The notes: a model not told the origin generated them from the sequence alone. DNA of 18,280 bases from a virus (IMGVR_UViG_3300010261_000182); one strand, 5' to 3'; counted from the stretch's first letter, positions 1 to 8,728 are shown. Numbers and translations: made by a program.

Positions 1-348
1 TTACGAATTACTGCGGCGCTGTTGCTTTTCCGCATGTACGCGTTTCACAATCTTATAAATCCATTGCAGCGTCAGATTATATTTCTTCGCTAATTCGGCG
101 TAGTTGCGCCCATCGCACTCGCTATAGATTTGGTAGTCACGCTCCGATGCTCGTCCGGAGATCCCCTTAGGGAAATAAATGCTTTGTCCGCCCCAGTTAC
201 GCATCATTCGGTCGGCAATGGCAAAGCCCACATTTTCTGCCGATGAACTGTCGAGATTGATGCTTTCAATCAGAACTTGCGATGCATGAAAAGCCAAGTC
301 GTTAATGATCTCCGGTGTCCGGGCCATCTCTTTTGATTTTCGTATCAT
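1..348 (-). CDS. Mor/C-family transcriptional activator (Mu-like middle/late gene activator)
   Basis: 115-aa ORF with TAA stop at 1-3 and GGAG 7 nt upstream of the ATG. The central GGQSIYFPKG and the C-terminal helix-turn-helix-like segment YAELAKKYNLTLQWIYKIVKR resemble the Mor/C activator family. Family assignment is from memory, not searched. Confidence 0.7.
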   Translation of the reverse strand: MIRKSKEMARTPEIINDLAFHASQVLIESINLDSSSAENVGFAIADRMMRNWGGQSIYFPKGISGRASERDYQIYSECDGRNYAELAKKYNLTLQWIYKIVKRVHAEKQQRRSNS

Positions 349-569
349 TTTTCATCTCCATATATCTTGCATCCTGAATAAGACCCGATGCGTGTAAAAC
401 CACGGATATACGCTAAGCAGTTGTCATTACTGCTACTCAATACATTCAACAAACAAATAAACAATTAACAAAAATATAAATTTTTAATATTAATGAACGC
501 CATAAATTCATGAAATAGATATATTGTTTGCGTTATGTTTCTTGTCAACAGGTGTATCATTTTACACGA

Positions 570-589
570 TACTGTATACACATACAGTA
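570..589. promoter_or_regulatory. Candidate LexA (SOS) operator
   Basis: TACTGTATACACATACAGTA is a perfect 8-bp-arm palindrome that fits CTGT-N8-ACAG with TA flanks. It differs from the idealized TACTGTATATATATACAGTA only at two central positions. It lies between the divergent activator and lysis genes. Confidence 0.6.
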
Positions 590-885
590 TTATTTTTACT
601 TGTAGTGTAAAAAGATCGTTTCCCTCACAGTCGCTGACTTTCTTAAACAAACTTTAAAAATCAAATAACTATCGAATATTCCTACGATCCACCATCATCT
701 TTCCCCTGCATAATGATGCACTTGTTCGCCAGGTCACCTTTTGCTCTTTTATTGACGGGTGGATTTATTAGCGGGCATGTTCATTTATAGAGAATCTATT
801 TTTTAAACTTATTTATTAAAGCTTTTTTCATTCTTCACTGGCGGGTTCTGACGACACTAAACGCTCATTTATCAGGAGATATCGT

Positions 886-1173
886 ATGAAAAAAATCACA
901 TTTCCCCGGCTTTCCGGCTGGCTGGTCGCTTCCGTCGCGCTGTTTGTCGTGATCGGCTGGACCTCTTCCGCACAGATCCCGGTCGTCATTTATAAACTAA
1001 GCCTGGTTTCGCTTTCCGCGGTGCTGGGATACTGGCTCGATCGCAGTTTGTTCCCCTGGGCACGGCCTGACTCTTTTTGCCCCTGGAAGGAACCGCGTTG
1101 CTGCGCGGCGGCAATGATTCGCCGGGCTATCATCGTTGCTGCCGTCTGCCTTTCCGTCGCGTTAGGGCTATAG
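886..1173 (+). CDS. Small membrane protein, possible holin
   Basis: 95-aa ORF with AGGAG 8 nt upstream of the ATG. Three hydrophobic segments (WLVASVALFVVIGW, LSLVSLSAVLGYWL, AIIVAAVCLSVALGL). It sits immediately upstream of the lytic transglycosylase gene. It lacks the charged C-terminal tail typical of holins, so the call is positional. Confidence 0.4.
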   Translation: MKKITFPRLSGWLVASVALFVVIGWTSSAQIPVVIYKLSLVSLSAVLGYWLDRSLFPWARPDSFCPWKEPRCCAAAMIRRAIIVAAVCLSVALGL

Positions 1174-1175
1174 TG

Positions 1176-1781
1176 ATGTGGCTGAAATATATCGCGTCTA
1201 TGATTATTTTCGTTCTTTTCCCACTCAACGCCTCTGAACCGCCGAGAGCCTCTCTGGCATGGCGAAACGAACTAATTCGTACCGCTCGAGAAGTCTGGGG
1301 ACTGAATGCCCCAGTGGCCGACTTTGCCGGGCAATTACACCAGGAGTCCGCCTGGCAGCCAATGGTACGTTCCCCCGTTGGCGCACAAGGTATGGCGCAA
1401 TTCATGCCTGCTACAGCGACATGGGTAAGCCAGTTGTATCCGCAGTTGCGTGAAAACAAACCGTATAACCCAACCTGGGCGATTCGCGCGCTGGTGCAAT
1501 ATGACCAGCATTTGTGGAAAAACATCTCTGCGAAAAATGATTGTCAGCGTATGGCGTTTACCCTAAGCGCCTATAACGGCGGTCAGGGATGGGTTAATCG
1601 GGATAAAAAACTGGCCGCATCCAAAGGGTTAGATGCCACCATCTGGTTTGGTCATGTTGAGCACGTCAACGCCGGGCGTAGCGCCGCAAACTGGCGAGAA
1701 AATCGTCACTATCCGAAGATGATCCTCTATCAACATGCCGCCCGCTACCTACTCTGGGGGCAGGCAAGCTGTCTTCATTAA
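1176..1781 (+). CDS. Lytic transglycosylase (SLT domain) endolysin with signal-peptide-like N-terminus
   Basis: Family-1 lytic transglycosylase motifs are present: LHQESAWQP (catalytic Glu-Ser), GMAQFMPATA and AYNGG. The N-terminus MWLKYIASMIIFVLFPLNA/SEPP has an n-h-c signal-peptide layout. The start is ATG 1176 or GTG 1173; the track ORF from 1077 is a TTG-initiated extension overlapping the upstream gene. Confidence 0.75.
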   Translation: MWLKYIASMIIFVLFPLNASEPPRASLAWRNELIRTAREVWGLNAPVADFAGQLHQESAWQPMVRSPVGAQGMAQFMPATATWVSQLYPQLRENKPYNPTWAIRALVQYDQHLWKNISAKNDCQRMAFTLSAYNGGQGWVNRDKKLAASKGLDATIWFGHVEHVNAGRSAANWRENRHYPKMILYQHAARYLLWGQASCLH

Positions 1782-1793
1782 TCAGAGGGGCCG

Positions 1794-2108
1794 ATGAAAC
1801 TCAGTATCGATTTTTGGGAAGTGATCTCCCTTATGCTTTCCTTCGTTGGATTAATGTTTGCTGCCGGAAAATTGCTGTTAGCGCAAATTGAAAAAAGACT
1901 TAATGAGCGTTTTGAATCTCTGGAAAACGCGCGCCGGGAATCAGAAACAAGTTGGTCGAAACTGGAAAGAGAGTTTCTTGAATTTCGTGCCGAGCTTCCG
2001 CTGCATTATGTCCGCAGAGAAGATTATCTTCGTGGGCAAGCAGTATTAGAAGCAAAGCTGGATGCCTTATATAGCAAAATCGAGCTATTACAACGTGGCA
2101 GTTATTAA
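1794..2108 (+). CDS. Lysis-associated membrane protein (Rz/i-spanin-like or holin-like)
   Basis: 104-aa ORF with GAGGGG SD. One N-terminal transmembrane segment (VISLMLSFVGLMFAAGKLLL) is followed by a charged, helical, coiled-coil-like region. It is the last gene of the lysis cassette before a terminator. No embedded lipoprotein (o-spanin) ORF was recognised. Confidence 0.35.
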   Translation: MKLSIDFWEVISLMLSFVGLMFAAGKLLLAQIEKRLNERFESLENARRESETSWSKLEREFLEFRAELPLHYVRREDYLRGQAVLEAKLDALYSKIELLQRGSY

Positions 2109-2114
2109 ATACAT

Positions 2115-2146
2115 CCCCACCTTTACGTAAGTGTGGGGGTTTTTTA
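2115..2146 (+). terminator. Rho-independent terminator after the lysis cassette
   Basis: Stem CCCCAC (2115-2120) pairs with GTGGGG (2133-2138). The loop contains the palindrome TTACGTAA. A T-run follows at 2140-2146. Confidence 0.7.
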
Positions 2147-2254
2147 TAGCCATTCAATTTTTTCTCTAAATCACATTAAAAGATTCTTCACCTTCACTGC
2201 TTCAGAATATATCTCAACGATAACGAAGTGAGCGGTAATTAAGGTACAGCCTAT

Positions 2255-2710
2255 ATGGAAATTTTATCTGTAATGAATTGTGTCGTGACAAGATTACGTG
2301 AGCACAACCCCGAAATGGACGTATTTATTTCATCTACGGATGCCCAGAAATATATTCCACAGACACAACAAGTTGCGGTGATTGTTAATTATAGCGGTTC
2401 TGTCTTTACCACGCCCGAAAGCAGTGATGCCATCGTGCAACAGCAAATACTTCGCTTAACCGCCACCGTTATTGTTGGCAAAAATTGTGACGCGTTAAAC
2501 GCACTTGATCACATACGCAGCGCATTGGGTGGCCTTCAGCTTCCTGATTGCGATCGTCTGCTTTGGCTTGAAAAAGAAATTAATACAGGTGAGAGCGGCG
2601 GTTTCTGCCGCTACATCCTAGAAATGGCGACCAGCTCGCTGTTTATCGCGAAACGGGAAAGCACGGACCTTACCCTGCTTACGGAAGTTAATTACGAGGA
2701 AACTGAATGA
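2255..2710 (+). CDS. Conserved Mu-like structural protein (gp37-like; tail completion/terminator candidate)
   Basis: 151-aa ORF, first gene after the terminator, directly upstream of the sheath gene and coupled to the next ORF by an ATGA overlap. The function is inferred from position in Mu-type late clusters and is weakly supported. Confidence 0.4.
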   Translation: MEILSVMNCVVTRLREHNPEMDVFISSTDAQKYIPQTQQVAVIVNYSGSVFTTPESSDAIVQQQILRLTATVIVGKNCDALNALDHIRSALGGLQLPDCDRLLWLEKEINTGESGGFCRYILEMATSSLFIAKRESTDLTLLTEVNYEETE

Positions 2711-2904
2711 AATACATCTACAACGGCCCGGCAAGCGGCGTCACCCTTGCCGACGGACAAGAAATCTTATTGTGGCCGAACAGTGAAATTGATCTGCCAG
2801 AAGACAACGAGTGGGTCATGACCATGATTGCCCGCAATCATCTGACTCCTGTCATCACTCAGGAAGAACAAAATAACGGAGAGGAAATTGTACATGGCAG
2901 CTAA
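2707..2904 (+). CDS. Small Mu gp38-like protein of unknown function
   Basis: 65-aa ORF coupled by ATGA overlap to the upstream gene and overlapping the sheath start. The call is positional. Confidence 0.35.
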   Translation: MKYIYNGPASGVTLADGQEILLWPNSEIDLPEDNEWVMTMIARNHLTPVITQEEQNNGEEIVHGS

Positions 2905-4318
2905 TTATCTGCACGGTGTAGAAACCATTGAAATTGAAACCGGCCCGCGTCCGGTTAAAGCGGTAAAATCCGCCGTCATCGCTTTAATCGGTACGGCCCC
3001 CTGTGGTCCGGTAAATAAACCAACATTATGCCTTTCTGAAAGCGATGCTGCGCAGTTTGGTTCGACTCAGACTAACTTTACGATCCCACAGGCACTGAAG
3101 GCGATTTATGACCACGGTGCCGGTACGGTGGTGGTGATTAACGTGCTGGATCCGGCAAAACATGGCTCCAACATCAGCAATGAGAGTATCACTTTTGATG
3201 CTAACAACCAGGCGAAACTCACTCACCGCAATGTGCGTAACGTGGTTCTAAAGCCCTCTTCATCAAATTCATCAACCTATAACACCGCAGCATTTAGCGT
3301 AGATGAACAAACAGGCATAATTACCCGTACAGGAGCCGACATTCCTCCTGGTGCGAAAGTTTGCGCCTATTATTCCTGGTGCGACCCTACAAAGGTCACC
3401 GCAGCCGATATTATCGGTGCCGTTAATACCGCAGGCGATCGCACGGGGATGAAACTGCTACAGGACACCTATAACCTGTATGGTTTCTACGCCAAAATCC
3501 TGCTTGCTCCCGTGTTCTGTACGCAAAAATCAGTAACTACAGAGCTGATTGCACAAGCGGAAAAACTTGGTGCGATTACCTACATTGATGCCCCGATTGG
3601 GACGACATTCCAGCAGGTATTGGCAGGACGCGGTTCGCAAGGGGCTATCAACTTCAACACCAGCTCTGATCGTGCGCGTTTATGTTACCCACACGTCAAA
3701 GTTTACGATGGCATCACTAACCAAGAAGTTCTCGAACCGCTCTCTTCGCGCGCTGCCGGGCTACGTGCCAAAGTAGACCTCGAAAAAGGTTTCTGGTGGA
3801 GCAACTCAAACCAAGAAATTCAGGGTATTACCGGTATTGAACGTTCGCTTTCCGCAATGATTGATGATCCACAAAGCGAAGTGAATCAGCTAAACGAAAA
3901 CGGCATTACCACTATTTTCAATAGTTACGGCTCTGGTCTGCGCTTGTGGGGCAACCGCACTGCAGCGTGGCCTACCGTGACCCATATGCGTAACTTTGAA
4001 AACGTCCGCCGGACAGGCGATGTAATTAATGAGTCAATCCGTTATTTCAGTCAGCAGTATATTGATATGCCGATTAATCAGGCGCTGATTGATGCCCTGA
4101 CCGAATCGGTAAATACCTGGGGCCGTAAGCTGATTGCCGACGGCGCACTGCTTGGCTTTGAATGCTGGTACGATCCGGCGCGAAATTCACCGACTGAACT
4201 CAGCGCCGGGCATTTATTGCTTAGCTATAAATTCACCCCGCCGCCGCCGCTGGAACGTCTGACGTTTGAAACTGAAATTACTTCTGAATATTTAGTCTCT
4301 CTGGAGAGCAATAGCTAA
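2894..4318 (+). CDS. Contractile tail sheath protein
   Basis: About 474 aa from ATG 2894, with GGAGAGG about 9 nt upstream; the track start at 2888 is TTG. Size and N-terminus (MAANYLHGVETIEIETGPRP) are typical of Mu gpL / P2 FI-class sheath proteins. It is followed by the tube gene with a TAATG overlap. Confidence 0.8.
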   Translation: MAANYLHGVETIEIETGPRPVKAVKSAVIALIGTAPCGPVNKPTLCLSESDAAQFGSTQTNFTIPQALKAIYDHGAGTVVVINVLDPAKHGSNISNESITFDANNQAKLTHRNVRNVVLKPSSSNSSTYNTAAFSVDEQTGIITRTGADIPPGAKVCAYYSWCDPTKVTAADIIGAVNTAGDRTGMKLLQDTYNLYGFYAKILLAPVFCTQKSVTTELIAQAEKLGAITYIDAPIGTTFQQVLAGRGSQGAINFNTSSDRARLCYPHVKVYDGITNQEVLEPLSSRAAGLRAKVDLEKGFWWSNSNQEIQGITGIERSLSAMIDDPQSEVNQLNENGITTIFNSYGSGLRLWGNRTAAWPTVTHMRNFENVRRTGDVINESIRYFSQQYIDMPINQALIDALTESVNTWGRKLIADGALLGFECWYDPARNSPTELSAGHLLLSYKFTPPPPLERLTFETEITSEYLVSLESNS

Positions 4319-4842
4319 TGGCTGGAAAAATTCAAATTAACCGTATTACCAACGCCAATATTTATCTCGATGGTAATAACCTTTTAGGTCGTGCAACCGA
4401 AATTAAATTGCCGGATGTCAGTTTAATTATGCAGGAGCATAAAGCACTGGGCATGGTCGGCAAAATCGAACTCCCGGCAGGTTTCGATAAACTGGAAGGG
4501 GAAATTAAATGGAACTCCTTTTATCAGGACGTCATGCGTAAAACGGCAAACCCGTGGCAGGCGGTAGCATTACAGTGCCGCTCCAGTATTGATTGCTATA
4601 ACTCCCAGGGGAAAGCGAATCAATTAGCGTTAGTGACACATTTAACCGTGATGTTTAAAAAGAATCCACTGGGCACATTTAAACAGAATGAAAACCCGGA
4701 ATTCAGCAGCGCCTTTGGCTGTACTTATATTAAACAAGTGGTCGATGGTGAAACGCTGCTTGAACTTGATTATATGGCGAATATTTTTCGGGTTAACGGC
4801 GTGGATCAATTAAGTACCTATCGCAATAACATCGGTGGCTAA
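4318..4842 (+). CDS. Tail tube protein
   Basis: 174-aa ORF immediately after the sheath gene with TAATG coupling. Size and position match Mu gpM / P2 FII-class tube proteins. Confidence 0.8.
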   Translation: MAGKIQINRITNANIYLDGNNLLGRATEIKLPDVSLIMQEHKALGMVGKIELPAGFDKLEGEIKWNSFYQDVMRKTANPWQAVALQCRSSIDCYNSQGKANQLALVTHLTVMFKKNPLGTFKQNENPEFSSAFGCTYIKQVVDGETLLELDYMANIFRVNGVDQLSTYRNNIGG

Positions 4843-4846
4843 TTTA

Positions 4847-4866
4847 TTCGGGGCTACGGCCCCGAA
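4847..4866 (+). other. Stable intercistronic stem-loop (8-bp GC-rich stem, 4-nt loop)
   Basis: TTCGGGGC-TACG-GCCCCGAA lies directly after the tube stop codon. No T-run follows, so it is not a canonical intrinsic terminator. Confidence 0.55.
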
Positions 4867-4892
4867 CTTCGCAAAATAAATAAGGATACAAA

Positions 4893-5210
4893 ATGAAAGA
4901 GCATTATATCTTACAGTTCCCGTTTACTTCAGCGGCGGGAGACGTAATTAACACTCTGCAATTACGTCGCCTGAAAGTAAAAGATATGCGCAACGCGCGC
5001 CGGATCAGCGAAAAACCTGAAGAGTGGGATGAACCGCTAATGGCAGCAATGACCGGACTGGTGCCAGAAGATTTAGCTGAAATGGATTTGCTGGATTACC
5101 AGGCATTGCAGAAACGATTTCAATCCATGCTTAGCGTGGCTACAGAATCCGCCACTGTTATGGCAAGCGATGGCGTTACTGGCGAGATGGTTTCGCTTTC
5201 CGCCCAGTGA
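4893..5210 (+). CDS. Tail assembly chaperone (lambda G / P2 E analogue)
   Basis: 105-aa acidic ORF lying between the tube and tape-measure genes, the conserved position of the frameshift chaperone. AAGGA SD. An overlapping +1-frame ORF (5053-5298) continues past its stop. Confidence 0.6.
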   Translation: MKEHYILQFPFTSAAGDVINTLQLRRLKVKDMRNARRISEKPEEWDEPLMAAMTGLVPEDLAEMDLLDYQALQKRFQSMLSVATESATVMASDGVTGEMVSLSAQ

Positions 5211-5399
5211 GATAGACGCCCTTACCGTCGATGACTTTAGCAACTGGCTGGATGAAGCCAGCGCCCAAATAAAAATCGAATATGACTCGCAGACCTGATG
5301 TCTGCGAGTTTCCCAAGCCCGTCAGGTTTATTTCTTCCCTGCCCCTTTTTTTAGAAAAATAACCAGCGGGCCATTATCAATATTTAAAGAGAAACAATT

Positions 5400-7775
5400 T
5401 TGGCCAACGATATTATTACCCAGCTTCAGGCGCGTAATGAGACGTTGACGCAGGCAATAGCCCGTTACGGCTCACTCAACGCCAGAACATTGTTAACTCT
5501 CTCTACTCAGCAGGCGACAGTTATCAAACTAACGCAGCAGCTTGCCGATTCCGCTCTCCGCCTGGAGGAAAATAGCCGCAGCCGCGCTAATCTGATGGAG
5601 AAAACCCAAACATTTGCCGGGCAATTTAGCAAAGTATTCAATGTTGAAGCCCCCGACTGGAAGTTGCCGTATGAGTTTCAGGACAACATGGTCAATATGG
5701 CGACCAAAGGTGGGATGAATGCTACAACCCGCGAGACGCTCAGCCTTAATCTGCGCGACTGGAGCATGGATTTTAACCAGCAGCAGACCACCTTACAGAA
5801 CGCAGCCCAAACGCTGATCGAAGGCAATTTGTCGTCGATACAGGATCTCAACCGTTATATGCCGGAGATCGCCAAAGCTGCCACCGCCACGCGCGAAAGT
5901 GCTGAAACATGGGCGAATGCCGCGCTCGCAACCCATGATCGACTGAATATTGCCCCGGAAAATTTCCACGCCGCGCAAAACATGATGTACGGCATTAGCA
6001 AAAGCGGTGGGCCTGCCATTGCTGAACAAACGCAGTGGATAGAGAAATTTGCAGGTAAAACCGGCGCTCAGGGTCTGGAAGGTATGGCTGAACTGACCGC
6101 CACCATGCAGATCGCCATGAAAAACGGGGCCAGCGCCAGTGCGGCGGCGGAGAATTTCGACCACTTTCTGCAAACCACCTTTTCGAAAAAAACCGATAGC
6201 TGGTTCGCCAGCCAGGGCGTCGATCTGCAAGGCTCTCTGCTTGAACATCAGCAAAACGGTATGGGTGTTAGCGAAGCCATGACTCATATCGTACAAATGC
6301 AGCTTGAGAAGATGAATCCGGCGATCCTCGACACCTTCAAACGCACTATGCAGATTGAAGATTTATCTGCTCGCAGCAATGCGCTGCAATCGATGGTAAC
6401 GCAATTTAATCTGGGCGAAATGTTCGGCGATGCGCAAACGGTGGAATTCCTGGCACCTATGCTGGCGAATATGGAGGAATATCGCCAGTTAAAAGCCTCT
6501 GCCATGCAAGCCACCAGCAAGAATCTGATTAACGCTGACTTTTCTGCGCAAATGGCCTCGCCCATTGAACAGACTAAAGCGTTACAGCTGGCATTAAATG
6601 ATTTATGGCTCAGCATTGGTTTGCAGCTTATGCCGGCGATTGGCGAGCTGGCACAAAGCCTTACGCCGGTTATTCGCCAGTTCAGCGCCTGGCTACGCGA
6701 ACATCCGGCGCTGGTGCAAAACATTGCGAAAATCGTCGGGGCGGTTTGGCTGTTTAACGGCGCGCTGAATGTTTTAAAGCTGGGCGCGAACCTCATCACC
6801 TCGCCGTTTATTCGTCTGGTCGATATCTTCCTGAAAGTCAAGGCAAGTCTGGCGCTCACAGGCGGGGCAAATAAGATGCTATCAGCGGTTAAGTCATTGG
6901 GTGGCGGCGCAAAATGGCTAATGCAACTGCTTGGTCGTGGCCTGATTGGCGCACTGAAACAGGTAGGTCAGACCGTCTTCTGGTTGGGTAGGGTTTTATT
7001 GATGAATCCCATTGGTCTGGTCATCACTGCGATTGCGGGCGCTGCTTATCTGATTTGTCGCAACTGGGAGCCTATCTCCAGGTTCTTTTCGACCATCTGG
7101 CAACGTATCACCACAGCCTTTGACGGCGGCATTGCAGGAATTTGTCGGTTGATTCTCGACTGGTCACCGCTGGAGTTGTTCTATAGCGCCTTTTCCAGTG
7201 TGATGAATTGGTTTGGTGTCGAGATGCCTGCAAGTTTTAGCGAGTTCGGCAGCAATCTTCTGGGCAGTCTGGTTGACGGCATAATGAATGCCTTCCCCGC
7301 TCTGAAAGGCATTATTGATCAGGTAAAAAACGCCATCCCAGACTGGCTAAAAACCACGATGGGTATTAGTACAGAAGGATCGGCTACAGCTATTACAAGC
7401 ACGACTAATACCGCATCCGTCTCCCCCGCGACCGTTGTTCCAGGCGTTGCCGGTGCGATTTTAACGCCGCCGGTGGGCAAACAACTCGCGCCATCCGGCA
7501 AAACGGCTACGCCGTCATCGGCGCCAGCGGCAAAAAATACAGCCGCCAAACCCGTATCTGCCTCTTTACCTGGTAAATCCGTAACCAAACCGGCGACGCT
7601 ACCCTCCCGTTCCTCAGGAAAAGTCCAGGTAAATTTTTCGCCACAGATTACCGTGCAGGGAAACGGACAAAACACCACTAAAGACATTCAGAACGTGTTG
7701 ACGATGAGTAAACGCGAACTGGAAAGAATGATTAACGACGTAATGGCGCAACAACAGCGCCGGGGGTATGCCTGA
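5400..7775 (+). CDS. Tail tape measure protein
   Basis: 791-aa ORF with a helical N-terminal region, internal hydrophobic segments and a Ser/Thr/Pro/Ala-rich low-complexity C-terminal region. It sits between the chaperone and baseplate genes. The apparent start is TTG 5400 with AAAGAG upstream, so the start is uncertain. Confidence 0.8.
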   Translation: MANDIITQLQARNETLTQAIARYGSLNARTLLTLSTQQATVIKLTQQLADSALRLEENSRSRANLMEKTQTFAGQFSKVFNVEAPDWKLPYEFQDNMVNMATKGGMNATTRETLSLNLRDWSMDFNQQQTTLQNAAQTLIEGNLSSIQDLNRYMPEIAKAATATRESAETWANAALATHDRLNIAPENFHAAQNMMYGISKSGGPAIAEQTQWIEKFAGKTGAQGLEGMAELTATMQIAMKNGASASAAAENFDHFLQTTFSKKTDSWFASQGVDLQGSLLEHQQNGMGVSEAMTHIVQMQLEKMNPAILDTFKRTMQIEDLSARSNALQSMVTQFNLGEMFGDAQTVEFLAPMLANMEEYRQLKASAMQATSKNLINADFSAQMASPIEQTKALQLALNDLWLSIGLQLMPAIGELAQSLTPVIRQFSAWLREHPALVQNIAKIVGAVWLFNGALNVLKLGANLITSPFIRLVDIFLKVKASLALTGGANKMLSAVKSLGGGAKWLMQLLGRGLIGALKQVGQTVFWLGRVLLMNPIGLVITAIAGAAYLICRNWEPISRFFSTIWQRITTAFDGGIAGICRLILDWSPLELFYSAFSSVMNWFGVEMPASFSEFGSNLLGSLVDGIMNAFPALKGIIDQVKNAIPDWLKTTMGISTEGSATAITSTTNTASVSPATVVPGVAGAILTPPVGKQLAPSGKTATPSSAPAAKNTAAKPVSASLPGKSVTKPATLPSRSSGKVQVNFSPQITVQGNGQNTTKDIQNVLTMSKRELERMINDVMAQQQRRGYA

Positions 7776-8728
7776 TGTATGCCGTTTTAGGAGAGATTGA
7801 ATTTAAGGTTGTCACATTCTGGGACGGCTTTAAAAGCACAATGGGCGTGGATTACGCCACACATGCCCGTATAGAAGGCAAACCCGGCGTGCAGTTTATT
7901 GGCGATAAGCTGGATATGCTGGCGCTGGAATTTTCCCTGCACAGCCAGTTTTGCCAGCCCACAACAGAGCTGAACCGACTGCGTGAAGCCATGCTTGCTC
8001 ACAAGGCGATGGCACTGGTATTTGGCAATGGCGATTATCGCGGCTGGTTTGTGATTACGGAGCTAACCGCCACCCACCAGCACACCGATCCCTGGGGCAA
8101 TGTGATTGCCCAAAACGGAACGATGTCGCTCCAGGAGTACACCGGCGATCCTAAAAATCCACTTTTACCTCCGGCGATTACCACCCAGGAGCCCAACATC
8201 GAGGAAAAGGCGAGCGATTTTCCCGACAAGGTGGAGTCCTGGTTTGATCAGATATTAAACGCCATTGAAGAAGGTATGCGTAAGGCCAAAGAGATGCTGG
8301 ATGAACTGACACAATCCATTGAAGATATTAAAAAAACGGTGGCAAAAGTGAAAGCAATGATTAAAGAGGCCAAAGCGTTAAAAGAAAAGTGTGAAAAGAT
8401 AATTACGTCATTGAAAAAGACAATCGACGCCATCGAAACCCTGTTTAAACAGCCAATGGATCTGCAAACGCTGGCAGGCCTACCAAAAGCGTTGTCGGCG
8501 CAGATTAAAGCTTTACTGGGTAACATGCCAGGTATCCGGGACTGCGCCAATGACGCCAGTACGCTGGTTGACCATGCTCAGGCGCTTTTCGACGACATTA
8601 CCAGCGACATCGCCGAAGCGACGTTCGATAAAGCCACGTCGTTGGTTGAGCAGGCACGTACAACGGTACAACAAACCACTCCCGCAGTGAGCCAGCTTGC
8701 TGCCGTAACCATTACCAGGAGCTGGTAA
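7775..8728 (+). CDS. Tail protein of the P2 gpU / Mu N (DNA circularization protein) family
   Basis: 317-aa ORF coupled by TGATG overlap to the tape-measure gene. The N-terminal ~130 aa (MYAVLGEIEFKV...DYRGWFVITEL) follows the gpU/N pattern as remembered. The C-terminal part is a K/E-rich helical extension. Confidence 0.55.
   Translation: MYAVLGEIEFKVVTFWDGFKSTMGVDYATHARIEGKPGVQFIGDKLDMLALEFSLHSQFCQPTTELNRLREAMLAHKAMALVFGNGDYRGWFVITELTATHQHTDPWGNVIAQNGTMSLQEYTGDPKNPLLPPAITTQEPNIEEKASDFPDKVESWFDQILNAIEEGMRKAKEMLDELTQSIEDIKKTVAKVKAMIKEAKALKEKCEKIITSLKKTIDAIETLFKQPMDLQTLAGLPKALSAQIKALLGNMPGIRDCANDASTLVDHAQALFDDITSDIAEATFDKATSLVEQARTTVQQTTPAVSQLAAVTITRSW

Noticed and set aside
465-650. 61-aa minus-strand ORF in the AT-rich control region
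   Set aside because: Low-complexity AT-rich sequence with no SD. It overlaps the LexA box and palindrome and is more plausibly non-coding regulatory DNA.
1077-1175. N-terminal extension of the transglycosylase ORF (TTG start at 1077) overlapping the holin-like gene
   Set aside because: It requires a TTG start and a 97-nt overlap. The ATG at 1176 (or GTG at 1173) lies just after the upstream stop and gives a signal-peptide-like N-terminus.
1130-1525. Minus-strand 131-aa ORF and + strand 64-aa ORF (1259-1453) overlapping the transglycosylase gene
   Set aside because: They are antisense or out-of-frame within a gene that carries clear SLT motifs and have no independent support.
5287-5353. Hairpin CGCAGAC-CTGAT-GTCTGCG (5287-5305) and a T7 run (5347-5353) before the tape-measure gene
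   Set aside because: The T-run is about 40 nt from the stem, so this is not a canonical intrinsic terminator. The stem overlaps the end of the putative frameshift extension. Its significance is unclear.
5793-7687. Minus-strand ORFs (5793-6296, 6284-6859, 7319-7687) inside the tape-measure gene
   Set aside because: They are antisense to a long, well-supported structural gene; their compositions reflect the Ala/Ser-rich complement of the tape-measure coding sequence.
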